NCBI GenBank assembly: GCA_013265495.1
Contig: MU057640.1
Location: 1,063,303 to 1,127,302, forward strand
Length of the DNA stretch: 64,000 bases
Direction: 5' to 3'
Source of the DNA: Vicugna vicugna
Taxonomy: Eukaryota
Each line of letters begins with the position of its first letter. The stretch's first letter is position 1. The notes under the pieces were generated by a model. That model did no database searches, was not told the origin of the DNA, and worked only from the letters and a program-made list of their open reading frames with translations. The position numbers were made by a program, and so were the translations under genes. Shown here one piece after another: positions 50,742 to 61,989 of this stretch.

Positions 50742-51419
50742 TTTCCTGTCTGTAAGTCTAACGGAATGATAGCCATCAACAGCTACTTACAGGAACACTG
50801 AATGAGGGCCATAAAAAACATATAGAGAAGTTATCACCAGCTTGCCCTGAGGAGTCAAATAGTGTGACAGAGGAGGTGATGTGTGTGTAATTGAGAGTCT
50901 AAAGGGATGAAGGAGATTTGTCAGACACACTGGAGAGCCTCGGCCTGCTGGAAGCTCCCCGTGCATTTCTCTTTTTGCATATCCTACTTGCCTGGTAAAT
51001 TCAATAACCCCAAAGCTCTTCCTATGAGCAAATACGGAATGACTTAATTTAATATCAATATTTTTGGAGGACACATTACCATTTAATAGATGACTCAAAA
51101 GCATAATGGTAGATGACAAATGTTATGCTTGGAAGTGCCTCGTGTAAAGGTCAAAATGAAGGGGGGAAAATGATGAATAAAGTAACAAGGCACAGCTTGA
51201 TAACAAACGTGGAAGTCGGGATAGACGCCCCTAATTTGATAAAGCACAAAGCTCTTCCACACGTAATAGTCATTATTTAAATAAGAAGGCGAGAAGAAAG
51301 ACGGAGACGGAGAAAGAAATGCTAACCAGAGGACCCTGCACATGAAACAGAGGCAAAGCGTGGTTTGAAGAGTGTATGGAAAGCTAGGGCAGGCAAGCAC
51401 GCTGGAAGATAAAAGCTAC

Positions 51420-51586
51420 TTTTTTATTTCTCATTATGAGTGATACAGTCTTATTATACAAATCTGTAAAGTATAAATAAGCATAAGGAAGAAAGAATCA
51501 CCCATAAACTTAAATTCTAGGGATAAACACTAATTGGATTATGGATTGTATCCTTTTAGACTGCTGGATAGATGGGTGGAGAGCTA

Positions 51587-51617
<31 letters not shown>

Positions 51618-52430
51618 TATTTGTATACATACGTATGTATGTGTATAATTTTGAAAATATCTCATTTCTGGAAATCACTCTATGTTTTTCATGAATATGA
51701 AGTTAACACACAAATGTTAAATTCATATGTGGGTAATGCATTTTAAAGTCTAAATATTGCGGAGAGGTATGAGGTAGAAAGTAATATTCACCTGTAATTC
51801 TTACGCTTGGGGGAAAAACACTGTTTACTGTTAATATCTGGTATTTTTCTTACCGATATCTTCAATTTAAAAGTAAAGGGTGGCTATCTTCCTATGTTAC
51901 CACATACACAGCTGTATTGTTTTTAATGGCGATATCGTTCCAGAATGGGTATGTACCATAACTTATTTATCCAAGACCCTATTAATGAGCATTTATGCTG
52001 CTCCCAATGTTCCATCATTGCCAACAAGTCTCAGCATTTATTATCTTTATGCACACGTCTTTACACACTTATCTGTTACTTCCTCAGGATAAACTTCTAG
52101 AATTAGATTTGCTATGTCAAAAGACATTCATTTTTAAACAACTTCTATGCATATTGCTCCTTGTTCCACCATAAATGTTTTACCAACAAACACCCACTCC
52201 AGGAGTATAAAAATGTCTCCAGCCACCACCTTCACCATCACTGACTACTCTAAGCAAGTAGTCCTAATTTTCATTTCTTCCAACATCAAAGAAAATATAT
52301 TAAGACAATGCATATTAAAATTTTTTAAGATCATTTGGACTTCTTCTCTGTGAATTACGCAACCTTGTTTTTTGCCAAATTTCCAAGGAAGTGTTTCCTG
52401 TTTTCATATTGATTGGTAAGTGCCCTCCCC
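51420..52430 (-). mobile_element. Ancient L1ME fragments with a (CA)n microsatellite at ~51586-51615
   Basis: tcctcaggataaacttctagaattagatttgct...; tatttatccaagaccctattaatgagcattt. Confidence 0.6.
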
Positions 52431-52609
52431 CTCAAAAGCACATCCACTCATATTTTTAACAGCCTGACAGTAAAGTGTTATCAGCAGAACATAAATAAGA
52501 ACTCACAGAGTTAGAAGAACGTGGGTCGAGGTTCAGATTTTCCTGACTCCAGAACGCAGGCACTTCCTGCAGTGGCACAAACTCTGCTGTGATGCCTGTT
52601 CAGGACCAA

Positions 52610-53070
52610 AGGCAGATGTTCCCAAACTGCTGCCCATTCAAGACCCCCGGCATCCCGTATCACCCCATATCCATTAAACCAGGCATACAATTTTTCAGGA
52701 TGCCCGGTGATTCAACGGGCAGCGGCGTCTGGGAGCCCTGGGCTGAGGATTTCACCCCCAGCTGCTGCGAGTGCTGCTGGCTCTAGTTTAGGCTCATGTC
52801 CCTTCCTGGGCCTGCCGCAGCCTATGACTGGAGGGTATGAAGATACAAAGACCCATCCTTGTTGCTCTACCTCAGGAAATCCCACTTCCAGCACTGCCAC
52901 TGGGAAGGATGAGCCCTTAGGACTGCGATGAACCCCATCTTCTCCTTTGGCCCAGTTCTGCCTCCTCCTCTTCCCCACACATGTTGACCCTGAAAGAGCC
53001 CCTCTGATAATATCCTGCACACTCATCTCACAGGCTGCTTCCTGAGGGAGCCCAGCCTGTGTCCTGTACT
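52610..53070. mobile_element. MER5-like fragment followed by an LTR16-like ERVL LTR
   Basis: MER5: gttcccaaactgctgccc...ccggtgattc. LTR16: ggatttcacccccagctgctg...tcctgcacactcatctcacaggctgcttcctgaggga. Confidence 0.6.
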
Positions 53071-53169
53071 GTATGGAATTTCCCCTTCAAAGAATAAACT
53101 AAACTAAATCTTCCTCAGAAGCCTCACACACAACTAAAGGTAGTTACCACAGCATATTCAAAATCCTTC

Positions 53170-53398
53170 CAGGTGGAGTTATTGTTTAATGGGTACAGAG
53201 TTTCTGTTTGGGGTGATAAGAATTTTTGAAACTAGTGGTGATGGTTGCGCAAAATTGTGAGGATAATTAATGCCACTGAATTGCACATTAGAAAGTTAAA
53301 ATGGCAAATTTCACATTACATACATTTTTACCACAATTTTCAAAAGCTAATACTGTAATATACCAAAAATAATTAAATTGTATGGTTTAAATATGTGA
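53170..53398 (+). mobile_element. L1MB 3' UTR, interrupted (resumes ~55340-55395)
   Basis: gtttaatgggtacagagtttctgtttgggg...aatgccactgaattg, resuming as gatatgtgaattatattccaataaagctgtt. Confidence 0.8.
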
Positions 53399-53399
53399 A

Positions 53400-55340
53400 T
53401 TGTTCAGTAGAGTTGCAGGATATGAAATTAATATGCAGAAACCTGTTGCATTTCTATATATTTAGAATGAACCATCAGAAAGAGAAATTAAGAAAACTAT
53501 CCCATTTACAATTTAATCAAAAGAATAAAATGCCTAGGAATAAATTTAACCAAGGAGAAGAAACACCCGTACTTTGAAAACTATAAGATAGAAAGAAAAG
53601 AAATTAAAGATGACACAAATAAATGGAAAGATACACCATGCTCGTGAACTGGAAAAATCAAATTGTTAAAATGTCCATACTACCCAAAGTAATATACAGA
53701 TTCAATTCAATTCTTATCAAAATACCCACGGTAGTTTTCACAGAACTAGAAAAAATAGCCCTAAAATTTGTATGGAACCACAAAAGACCCTTAATCGCCA
53801 AAGCAAAGTTAAGAAAGAAGAGCACAGCTGAAGGGATCACACTCCCTGTATTCAAACTAGACTACAGAGCTACAGTGATCAAAACAGTATGGCACTGGCA
53901 CAAAAAAGTCACACAGATCAGTGGAACAGTACAGAAAGCCCAGAAATAAATTTTCATGGTCAATTAGCCCATGACAAAGGAGGCAAGACTATACAACAGG
54001 GGAAAGACAGCCTCTTAAATAAATGGTGTTGGGAAAACTGGACAGCCACGTGCAAAGGAACGAAACTAGATCGCTTTCTTACCCCATTTACAAAAATTAA
54101 CTCAAAATGAATTAAAGACTTAAATGTAAGACCTGAAACCACAAAACTCCTAGAAGAAAACATAGATAATATGCTCTCTTACATTGGTCTTGGCAGTAAT
54201 TTTTTGAATCTGAATCCTCAGACAAGGGAAACAAAAGCAAAAATAAACAAATGGGACTACATCAAACTAAAAAGCTTTTGAAAACAGTGAAGGAAACCAA
54301 CAAAACCAAAAGACAACCTACTGAGTGGGAGAAGATATATGCAAATGATTTATCCAACAAGGGGTTAATATCCAAACTATATAAAGAATTCACACAACTC
54401 AATATAAAACAAGCAAACAAACAATCCAATTTAAAAAAAAAAAAGGCAGAAGAACTGAACAGGAACATTTCCAAAGAAGACATATGGATGGCCAACAGGC
54501 AAACGAAAAGATGCTCAACATCACTATCATCAGGGAAATGCAAATCAAAATCCCAATGAGATATCATCTCACACTGGTCAGAATGGCTACTATCAAAAAG
54601 ACAAGAAATAACAAGTGTTGGCGAGAAATTCTTGAATACCGTTGGTGGGAATGTAAATTGCTGCAGCCAGTGGAAAACAGTATGGAGGTTCCTCCAAAAA
54701 ATAAAAGTAAAACTCCCATATGATCCAGCAATTCCACTTCTGGGTATTTACTCAAAGAAAATAAAAACACTAGTTCAAAAAGATATGTGCACCCTAATGT
54801 TCATTACAGCATTATTTATAACAGCCAAGATATGGAAGCAACCTAAGTGCCCACTTGTATATATGTATTATATATAACGGAACAGTACTGAGCCATCATC
54901 AAAAAAAGAATGAAATCTTGCCGTTTGTGACAGCATGGATAGACCTAGAGGGTACTATGCTAAGTGAAATAAGTCAGACAGAGATAAATACTATATGATT
55001 TCACTTATATATGAACTCTAAAAAACAAAACAAAACAAGACAGAAACAGACTCACAGATAGAGAGCAAACTGGTCTTTGCTAGAAGGGGGTGGGGGCTGG
55101 GTGAAGTAGGTGGAGGGGATTAAGAGGTACAAACTTCCAGTCATAAAATAAAAAAGTCCTGGGGAATGTAACATACAGCATAGGGAATACAGTTAATAAT
55201 ATTGAGATAATCTTTTATGGTGACAGATAGTAACTAGACCCACAATGGCGATCATTTTGTAACATACAAGAATATAGAATCACTATGCTGTACACTTGAA
55301 ACTAATATGATAACCACTGGTTCTCCACAACAAATAAAAA
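53400..55340 (+). mobile_element. L1 ORF2 C-terminal part + 3' UTR (pseudogenised)
   Basis: [15 protein letters not shown]..., [41 protein letters not shown], with frameshifts and stops. Confidence 0.95.
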
Positions 55341-56239
55341 ATAAATGGGTGAACAGTTGATATGTGAATTATATTCCAATAAAGCTGTTTAAAAACCCTT
55401 TCAGTGCAGTATAACGACATGGTGCTCAACATGGCGAGTGGAACAGCAGCCTGAGCTCTGCTAACCCATAAAACAATGACAGTATTTTTAAACCCTCATC
55501 TAGGGGTTTTCTTTCACTCACTGTCACATACCCTAAAATGCAGAAACACAATGCTCATTGATTTGTACTTTACGTATCTTTGGTCAGCAGTAATTCAGGA
55601 TTTAGATGCTGAGTGGTACAGGAAAAAGAATAAGCAATTTCTTGGGCCAGCTCCCAGGGCTAAGAATATTTAAAGACTACTCGAGGGCTAAGATATTGGC
55701 AACGTCACTAAATTCAGTTTCGCAGTAGCACACGCGTTTAATTTAACTGAAGCACAGGCTCCCACGTACAGAAAACGACCATGAAGCTAGATAACAGGCC
55801 GTTTCTAAAAGAGAAGCAAACCAGGCTTATTTATAAAAGCAAGACTGTGCCAAAGGCAGCAGTGTCCACAAAAAAACAGGTGCACAGATCTATCTCCCCA
55901 GAAGTACACAGTCCACTGCCACTCCTCCAGGATTTAGAGAGTACTTCACATTTGGAAACACCTCCATAATCATCATCATTAGCCATCCCCGAGGAGCCCA
56001 GAAGCTTCTACTTTTTGAAAGATTGGCAAGCCTGTTATATCAATGCATACCTTCCCTTAACAAGAGACCTCCATTCAATAAAGACCAAACCTCCAATAAG
56101 AGTAACTGTCATTTAAAGTCTTGTGGTTTCTGTTTCTGGCCCTCCACAATCAATGCACTGCCAGAAACCAACTCGATGTTATACAAAGCTTATACACTGA
56201 AGTGCCAAAGAATGAAAGAAAACACTGATGTCAGAAATG

Positions 56240-56500
56240 CCCTCCAGAGCATCATGGAGAAAATAATGAACCTGGAGCTGGGAAACTTGACCTTCAGTCT
56301 TGAGCCTGCTGCTCACAACCTGTGTGACCCTGGGCTAGTTAACTAACCACTCTGAATCTCAGTTCCTTTAACTGCAATAATGGGCTTAATGACGATACTT
56401 GCACTGCCTAGCTCACAGACTGTTGTGAGGTCAGATGAGATTAAGGGCTGTCTAGACACATTAAAAACTAAAATTCTATGCAAATGTGAAAGAGTGCTGT
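56240..56500 (+). mobile_element. MIR SINE
   Basis: ctgtgtgaccctgggctagttaactaaccactctgaatctcagttcc. Confidence 0.8.
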
Positions 56501-57449
56501 AACACTTCTAATCTCTAAAGAGCTGTGGAGAAACATAGCTCAGGGCCATTTAAGTATAACACAGCTGTTTAAATACGGCAGTGAGGAAGCGAATTCCACT
56601 GAGAGAAAAACACTAATCCAAGTTACCTCTTCCTGCATCCATTTGAGACCAAGCTGATTGTGTTGTGGCAGCCATAGACCGAGGTGTGAAAGGAAATCGG
56701 AGTTAGAACACGTCCTTAATTTAGACTGATGGGATCATTTCCATCTGAAACTCTAGACTCTGGCTTGTTGTTTCTGTTGTGTGTGTTGTTTTTGTTTACT
56801 ACCACGGAAAGCACTGATGTAAATAAAATACTCAGTTCCTCCGGGGGCTTGGGCTTACCTATGTTTTTCTAGGAAAAAACCCTGGAGAGAACTAAATTGT
56901 CAAAACCAGGCATAGCCATTCTCCAGTGGAATTTAAAGGAATCCTGCGAGGTAAGACAAAAATCATCAACACACTGATTTCATATTCTGCAAATGTATAA
57001 CCTCTGAGATTTCAAAGTCAGGGGCTTATTCCTCCCACTGAATGGAGACTGAGATTGGAACTAATACGTGTTCCAAATTTAGCCGAACCACATGGCTCTG
57101 AGCAGTTGCCTGACAACTGCTCACCCTCGTGTATGACCTCACAGGTTGCCAGGAGAGGCCGCCAGCAGAGCCAGGAGCATCGTCAAGGCAGGGCAGACAC
57201 AAACAACGGGCCAAGAGTGAATCCTGTTATGGAGAACCAGACAATGTTCCTCTTTCCACCTACTCTGTCATTAGGAAGCCTGGTGGGAGAGGGAAGAAAT
57301 CAGGAGACATTCTCACCCACTAAGTCATGTGTGGTCTCTGGGCACTGAAGAATTAATCAACTTTAAAACAAACAAAAATTTCCATCTACTATCTTCTCTC
57401 TTCTTTCCTTTCAATATCAAACTCTTCAAGAGAACTGTGTGGTTGCCAC

Positions 57450-58490
57450 GTCCACTGGCCCCTTACGAATACTTCTCAGCCTCCTGTGGGATGCAACACC
57501 ACTGGCCATTCCTTTCTCTGGAAACAGCTTCTCCTCTGACTCCTCTGATATTGTACCCATCCTGGCATTCCGCCTACCCACACCCCCTTTTCTGATCCCT
57601 GGCCCTCTCCTGGTTCTTGATAACCTAAGTTCTCTGGATTCTGCTGGGGGCATCAACCACTATCCACACCCCCTCAGAGATCTGAGCTCTTCTGTGGCTC
57701 TCTGTCCAGCTGTACACGGCAATTTCCAATCACCTCTCTTTTGAAGATCAATCCCACATTTCCAATTGCCTACTCCATATTTCCATTTATTCCCTCAAAA
57801 AATCCAAAATGGAACCCACTGCCTTTCCTACAAAAACAAGCGCCCACTCCCAGCTTTCCAAGTTCTGTCATCCTTCTACTCCTCTCACATTACATTTCCC
57901 AGCCCCACAGATGGCTCGAGACGTCCCTCATATACACTGCTTTCTTTGTATCCTCATGCAAAGATATTGCAATAACTTCTGACGTGAATTCTTGTTACCA
58001 GTATCTTCTGACTCTCAAAAAATTCTACACCACAGTACCAGATAATTCTTCCTGAAGTAATGTGTGTATCACAGGCTTGTTCAAAAATTGCTACTGCTTC
58101 TGCTTTTCAAGTACAGATTCCTAATCCTAGCATCGAAGGTTCTCCAAAATCCAGCCTTATCTCTGCTAAAACCCTAGAAGGTCCCAATGCTCAGATGAGT
58201 TTGGATTCCTAGCTGTTTCCCTGAACTTACCTTGAGGCTCTCCCTCCATCTGAAATGCTCTTTGGTCCCTACCTTTCCACTCCAGCGCTATCTCCACCTG
58301 TTAAAATTATATCCTTCTTCAACACCTAATTCAAACCACTGCTACCATGAAACTTATCCTGAACCCTCCTGTCGAAGATGCCTTGTATGCAAAAATGTTT
58401 TGCACCATCCCTGGGACTTTTACCATGGCCTGTAACAATGAAGTGCACATTTTCTCTCCTATTTTAGATCACAAGCCTCCCAAAGGGAGG
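57450..58490 (+). mobile_element. Decayed L2
   Basis: Pyrimidine-rich L2 motifs, with a 3' part tagatcacaagcctcccaaaggg. Confidence 0.6.
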
Positions 58491-58640
58491 GGCCCGGCAT
58501 CATGATTTGCTGAAAAGAGCATGAACTTTGAAGCCAAAATAACCAGGGTGTGTGCTAAATGACCCTGCATCTCTCGGATTTTAGTTCCCTCACCTGTAAA
58601 AAGAATCTATGGTAATTATTATGAATTGGCTTGCTTACCT

Positions 58641-58855
58641 CAGGGATGGGCAAACTATGGCCCCCGGGCCAAATCCAACCCACCACTTGTTTTTATAAAT
58701 AAAATTTTATTGGAACACAACCATGCTCATTCATTCATGTACCTTCTATGGCTGCTTTTGCGCTATAATAGTAAAGCTGAGTAGCTACAACAGAGACCAC
58801 TTGGCCCACTAAGATTAAAATATTTGTTATCTGGCTCCCTAGGGAAAAATGCCCC
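58641..58855. mobile_element. MER58A-like hAT MITE (inside a MIR)
   Basis: cagggatgggcaaactatggcccccgggccaaatcc...ttttattggaacacaaccatgctcattc. Confidence 0.85.
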
Positions 58856-58859
58856 TTCT

Positions 58860-59440
58860 CTACTTCCATTTCACTCTCCTTTCAGGTGGAGAGGTAGAAT
58901 AGTTAAAAACTATTGTCCAGACTTCCCTGAATCCGGGAGTGCAGGGGTTAATTAGGTTCCACTAACTAGATGCATTCATGCAAGGAGTTCCAGAAGCTGG
59001 AAGCAAGATGGGAGCCACCTTCTAGTTCCTTCTTGACTATTCACTGCTATCAAGGAAGGTCATGGAAACACAAGACTTTTTAACTACAGCAGTGTCCCTT
59101 TCTGGGAGTCCAGAAGCACGTGCAACTCAGGGGTAGAGCCCATGCTTAGCGTGCACAAGGTCCTGGGTTCAACCCCTAGTACCTCCATTAAACAAACAAA
59201 CAAACAAACAAACAAACACACTAAGTTCACATAATGACTTTCTGATCCCAGCTGCCCAGGGCTGGGATGGCAGCTACAGGGGTGTGCTCTGACCTTGGTA
59301 CCATATTGTTCTGGAAATCTCTCCCCATGGCTGGCCCTCCCAGCGGTTTTTAAGCACCTAATTCTCTGTGTTAAATTCTTCTTATTTAAAACATATGGCC
59401 AAGTTTCTGTGTCTCCTACTGACCTCTAACTGACCCAGAG
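58860..59440 (+). mobile_element. LTR33-like ERVL LTR
   Basis: aaaactattgtccagacttccctg...aattaggttccac...ttttaagcacctaattctctgtgttaaattc...ctaactga. Confidence 0.65.
59116..59220 (+). mobile_element. tRNA-Ala(AGC)-derived SINE with (CAAA)n tail
   Basis: ctcaggggtagagcccatgcttagcgtgcacaaggtcctgggttcaacccctagtacctcca resembles tRNA-Ala-AGC. The B box is intact, the A box and acceptor stem are degenerate, and an A-rich tail follows. Confidence 0.85.
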
Positions 59441-59849
59441 CCCAATGATAAATATCTTGTTGGGTTACTGAGACACAAAATAACAGTATCTGTGAAAGTG
59501 CTTTATAAACAGTAAAGCTAATGTTTTCTGTAAATCTTCATCTCCTCCTCCTTCCTCTGCCCCCCCACCCCTGACCTTGCCCAGTGCCCCCCAGCCCCCA
59601 GCACGGCCGTCAGCTCTCTTCCCTCCCACTCTGCTTGAGAAACCTCATCTCTCATTCCAGCTTCAATAACTACATAGATCAAGGAACAATTTGGAGACCT
59701 GGACATTTTGAAAGTTGATACAAAGCTAACTCTCCAGATTAACACTCAGGCAGTTAAGTTTCAAACTAAGTTTTTGAAGTTCATGGGCCTGCTGAATTGT
59801 ATCTATGGACCTCTAGGTTATGAAACCCCTATCTTATATGCTAATGAAT

Positions 59850-60506
59850 GTCCAAGCCTCTATCTCAAGCCATATCATTCTTGTGAGGTTAAGACTGATA
59901 GATGCATTTCCCACCAGCAACCCAAATTCAGCATGTCCACTTGTGGTTTTATCTCCTCACTGCTCTTCTCCCTCTGTTATTTACCACATAAGTAAGTGAT
60001 GCTAGCATCCTCCAAGGGTGGGGGCCTCAATCAGACATCTTTCCTTCCTTCTCCACAGATGACTGCCGGGTCCTGACTATTCTGCATCCCTAGTTGCTCC
60101 TGAATCTATCCACATCCCCATCTCGGTTGTCAGTAATGGATCCAGCCACTCCATCTCTAATCAAGATTGCTGCAGAAGCCATCAGATTGGCCTCTCTGCT
60201 TCCACTCTGCCCCCTCCAGTCCATTAAAACACAGATATCCAATCTAATCATATCTTTCCTCTGGTTAAAACCTCTAATAACTCTAACAATGTTCTTCACA
60301 CCATCAGCCTGCCCCATGCTTCCATGAAATGGCTCCAATCCACCCCACCATACGAACCACAGATCTCAAAATTAGTCTGTCATCCCCAAGGAGCTCATGT
60401 GACTCCTTCCCCCAAATGTCCTTCCTTACTATTTTATTTTCTACTGCCACTCCCTCCTACCCCACTTCCTCCTCCCGCTACACACACACACGCAAGCACG
60501 CACATG

Positions 60507-60540
<34 letters not shown>

Positions 60541-60950
60541 TTCTTCCTGGCTATCCCCTCATTCTTCCATTTTCAGTTTAGATACTGTTTAATTCCCTGA
60601 TTCATCAAATGTTTGCCAACCACTGAGCTAGCTAGCACTAGGGACAGAGCAATCAAAAGATAGTTGCAATCCTTGTCCTGACAAAGCTCATCCTTTTGGG
60701 ACATTAGATCAACAGTGACAAGTATGATGGTCTCCTAATTGCTGCCAGTCCCAACCCCAGGCTGTGTCAGGATCCCCAACTCTAGGATCCCCCAGCCCCG
60801 CCACCACTGTTGTCTCATCTGTCTCTGCCTATAAACTCCTTACAGGCAGGACTGCGTCTTAGCCATCACTGCATTTATTATCAACACCTGGTACTTTTAT
60901 CTGGCACCCAGGAATTGCTTAGTAAATCCCTACTGATTAGTGAAAATTCA
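59850..60950. mobile_element. L2 fragments with a (CA)/(CG) microsatellite at 60480-60540
   Basis: cccaaattcagcatgtcc...ccctccagtccatt...ctggttaaaacctct; cacctggtac...tggcacccaggaattgcttagtaaat. Confidence 0.65.
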
Positions 60951-61519
60951 GTCAATAGATATCAGCTTAATGAGTCAGTTCTGCTTAGGAGGGACCCTAT
61001 GCGGGGAATACAGTGGAAACAGTTGGGGTGGGGAGAGGGGTCCTCACCGTTTGCTTGTCTGGGCTTTGCCAATGCCTCAAATCACAGGTAACATGCTTCC
61101 AGCTAACCCCGGACTTGTTGGCTGCATTTCGTGTTAAGCAGCTCTTCCCAGCAGCCCTTCTTGCCTGCAGGGTAGATACCTGCATGCTCACCAGTGTACC
61201 TAATTAGAGGCATTCCCCAGCAACTTTGGAGGCCTCAGGAGGCCAGTCACCAAGCTGTGCCTTTGGTCACTGGAACCTAAACAACACAGGAGGCAGGTAA
61301 GCACAGGGGACTCGGCTGCCATTTGGAGCTTTGCTGCAAATTCCCTGACAGGCCAGCCCTGATTCTGTGTGCATGAACTCCCACCGCATCTCTGAACAGT
61401 GTGTGAAACTGGTAGGGGATGGGGAGAAGCAAAGAAAAACCAAGGAGCAACCACACCCTTCTTTATGAAAGATAACAAAACAGCATGGGTAAACGCCACT
61501 AAGGTTTTCGTGACTAGAT

Positions 61520-61760
61520 AGCAAGTGAACGTTTATGGAGCACCTGCTACATGCCAGGGTCTAACCTCTTGACAGTGTGTGAAATCATTTAATCCTCTCA
61601 AGGTGCCTAGGAGGTCAGCCCCACTATTATCTCATCTACAGATTAGTGTCCAGAAGCCCACTGAGGTTAAGGAGGCCCCCCAGCCAGTAAGCGATACAGC
61701 CGGAGGCAAACTCGTGGGCCGACTCAGAACCCAGGATCAGAAGCTCTGCTCTGACATCCC
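61520..61760 (-). mobile_element. MIR SINE
   Basis: tttatggagcacctgctacatgccagg...tcatttaatcctc...gaggttaag...actcagaacccagg. Confidence 0.8.
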
Positions 61761-61989
61761 TGGGAAGGCAAGGCAGTGTTCTCACCTCCCCCTGCCAGTG
61801 TCTCAGTCCCAGTGCCCACAAGGCCCAGGCAAGTGCTATCAGGCAGAGCTGAGAACACATCGTCAGCATTAAGGGGCAGCCCCTCAATCTGGGCAATCAT
61901 CGCCATGCAGTAATGAGGGTCTGATGTTGCCAGCTCTGCCTATTTTTCAAGAGAAGGCAGAATTCTAGATTTTTCTTAAATTGGGGATG

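Noticed and set aside
59116..59187. tRNA-Ala gene
   Set aside because: Degenerate A box and acceptor stem, an A-rich tail and a location inside an LTR indicate a SINE.
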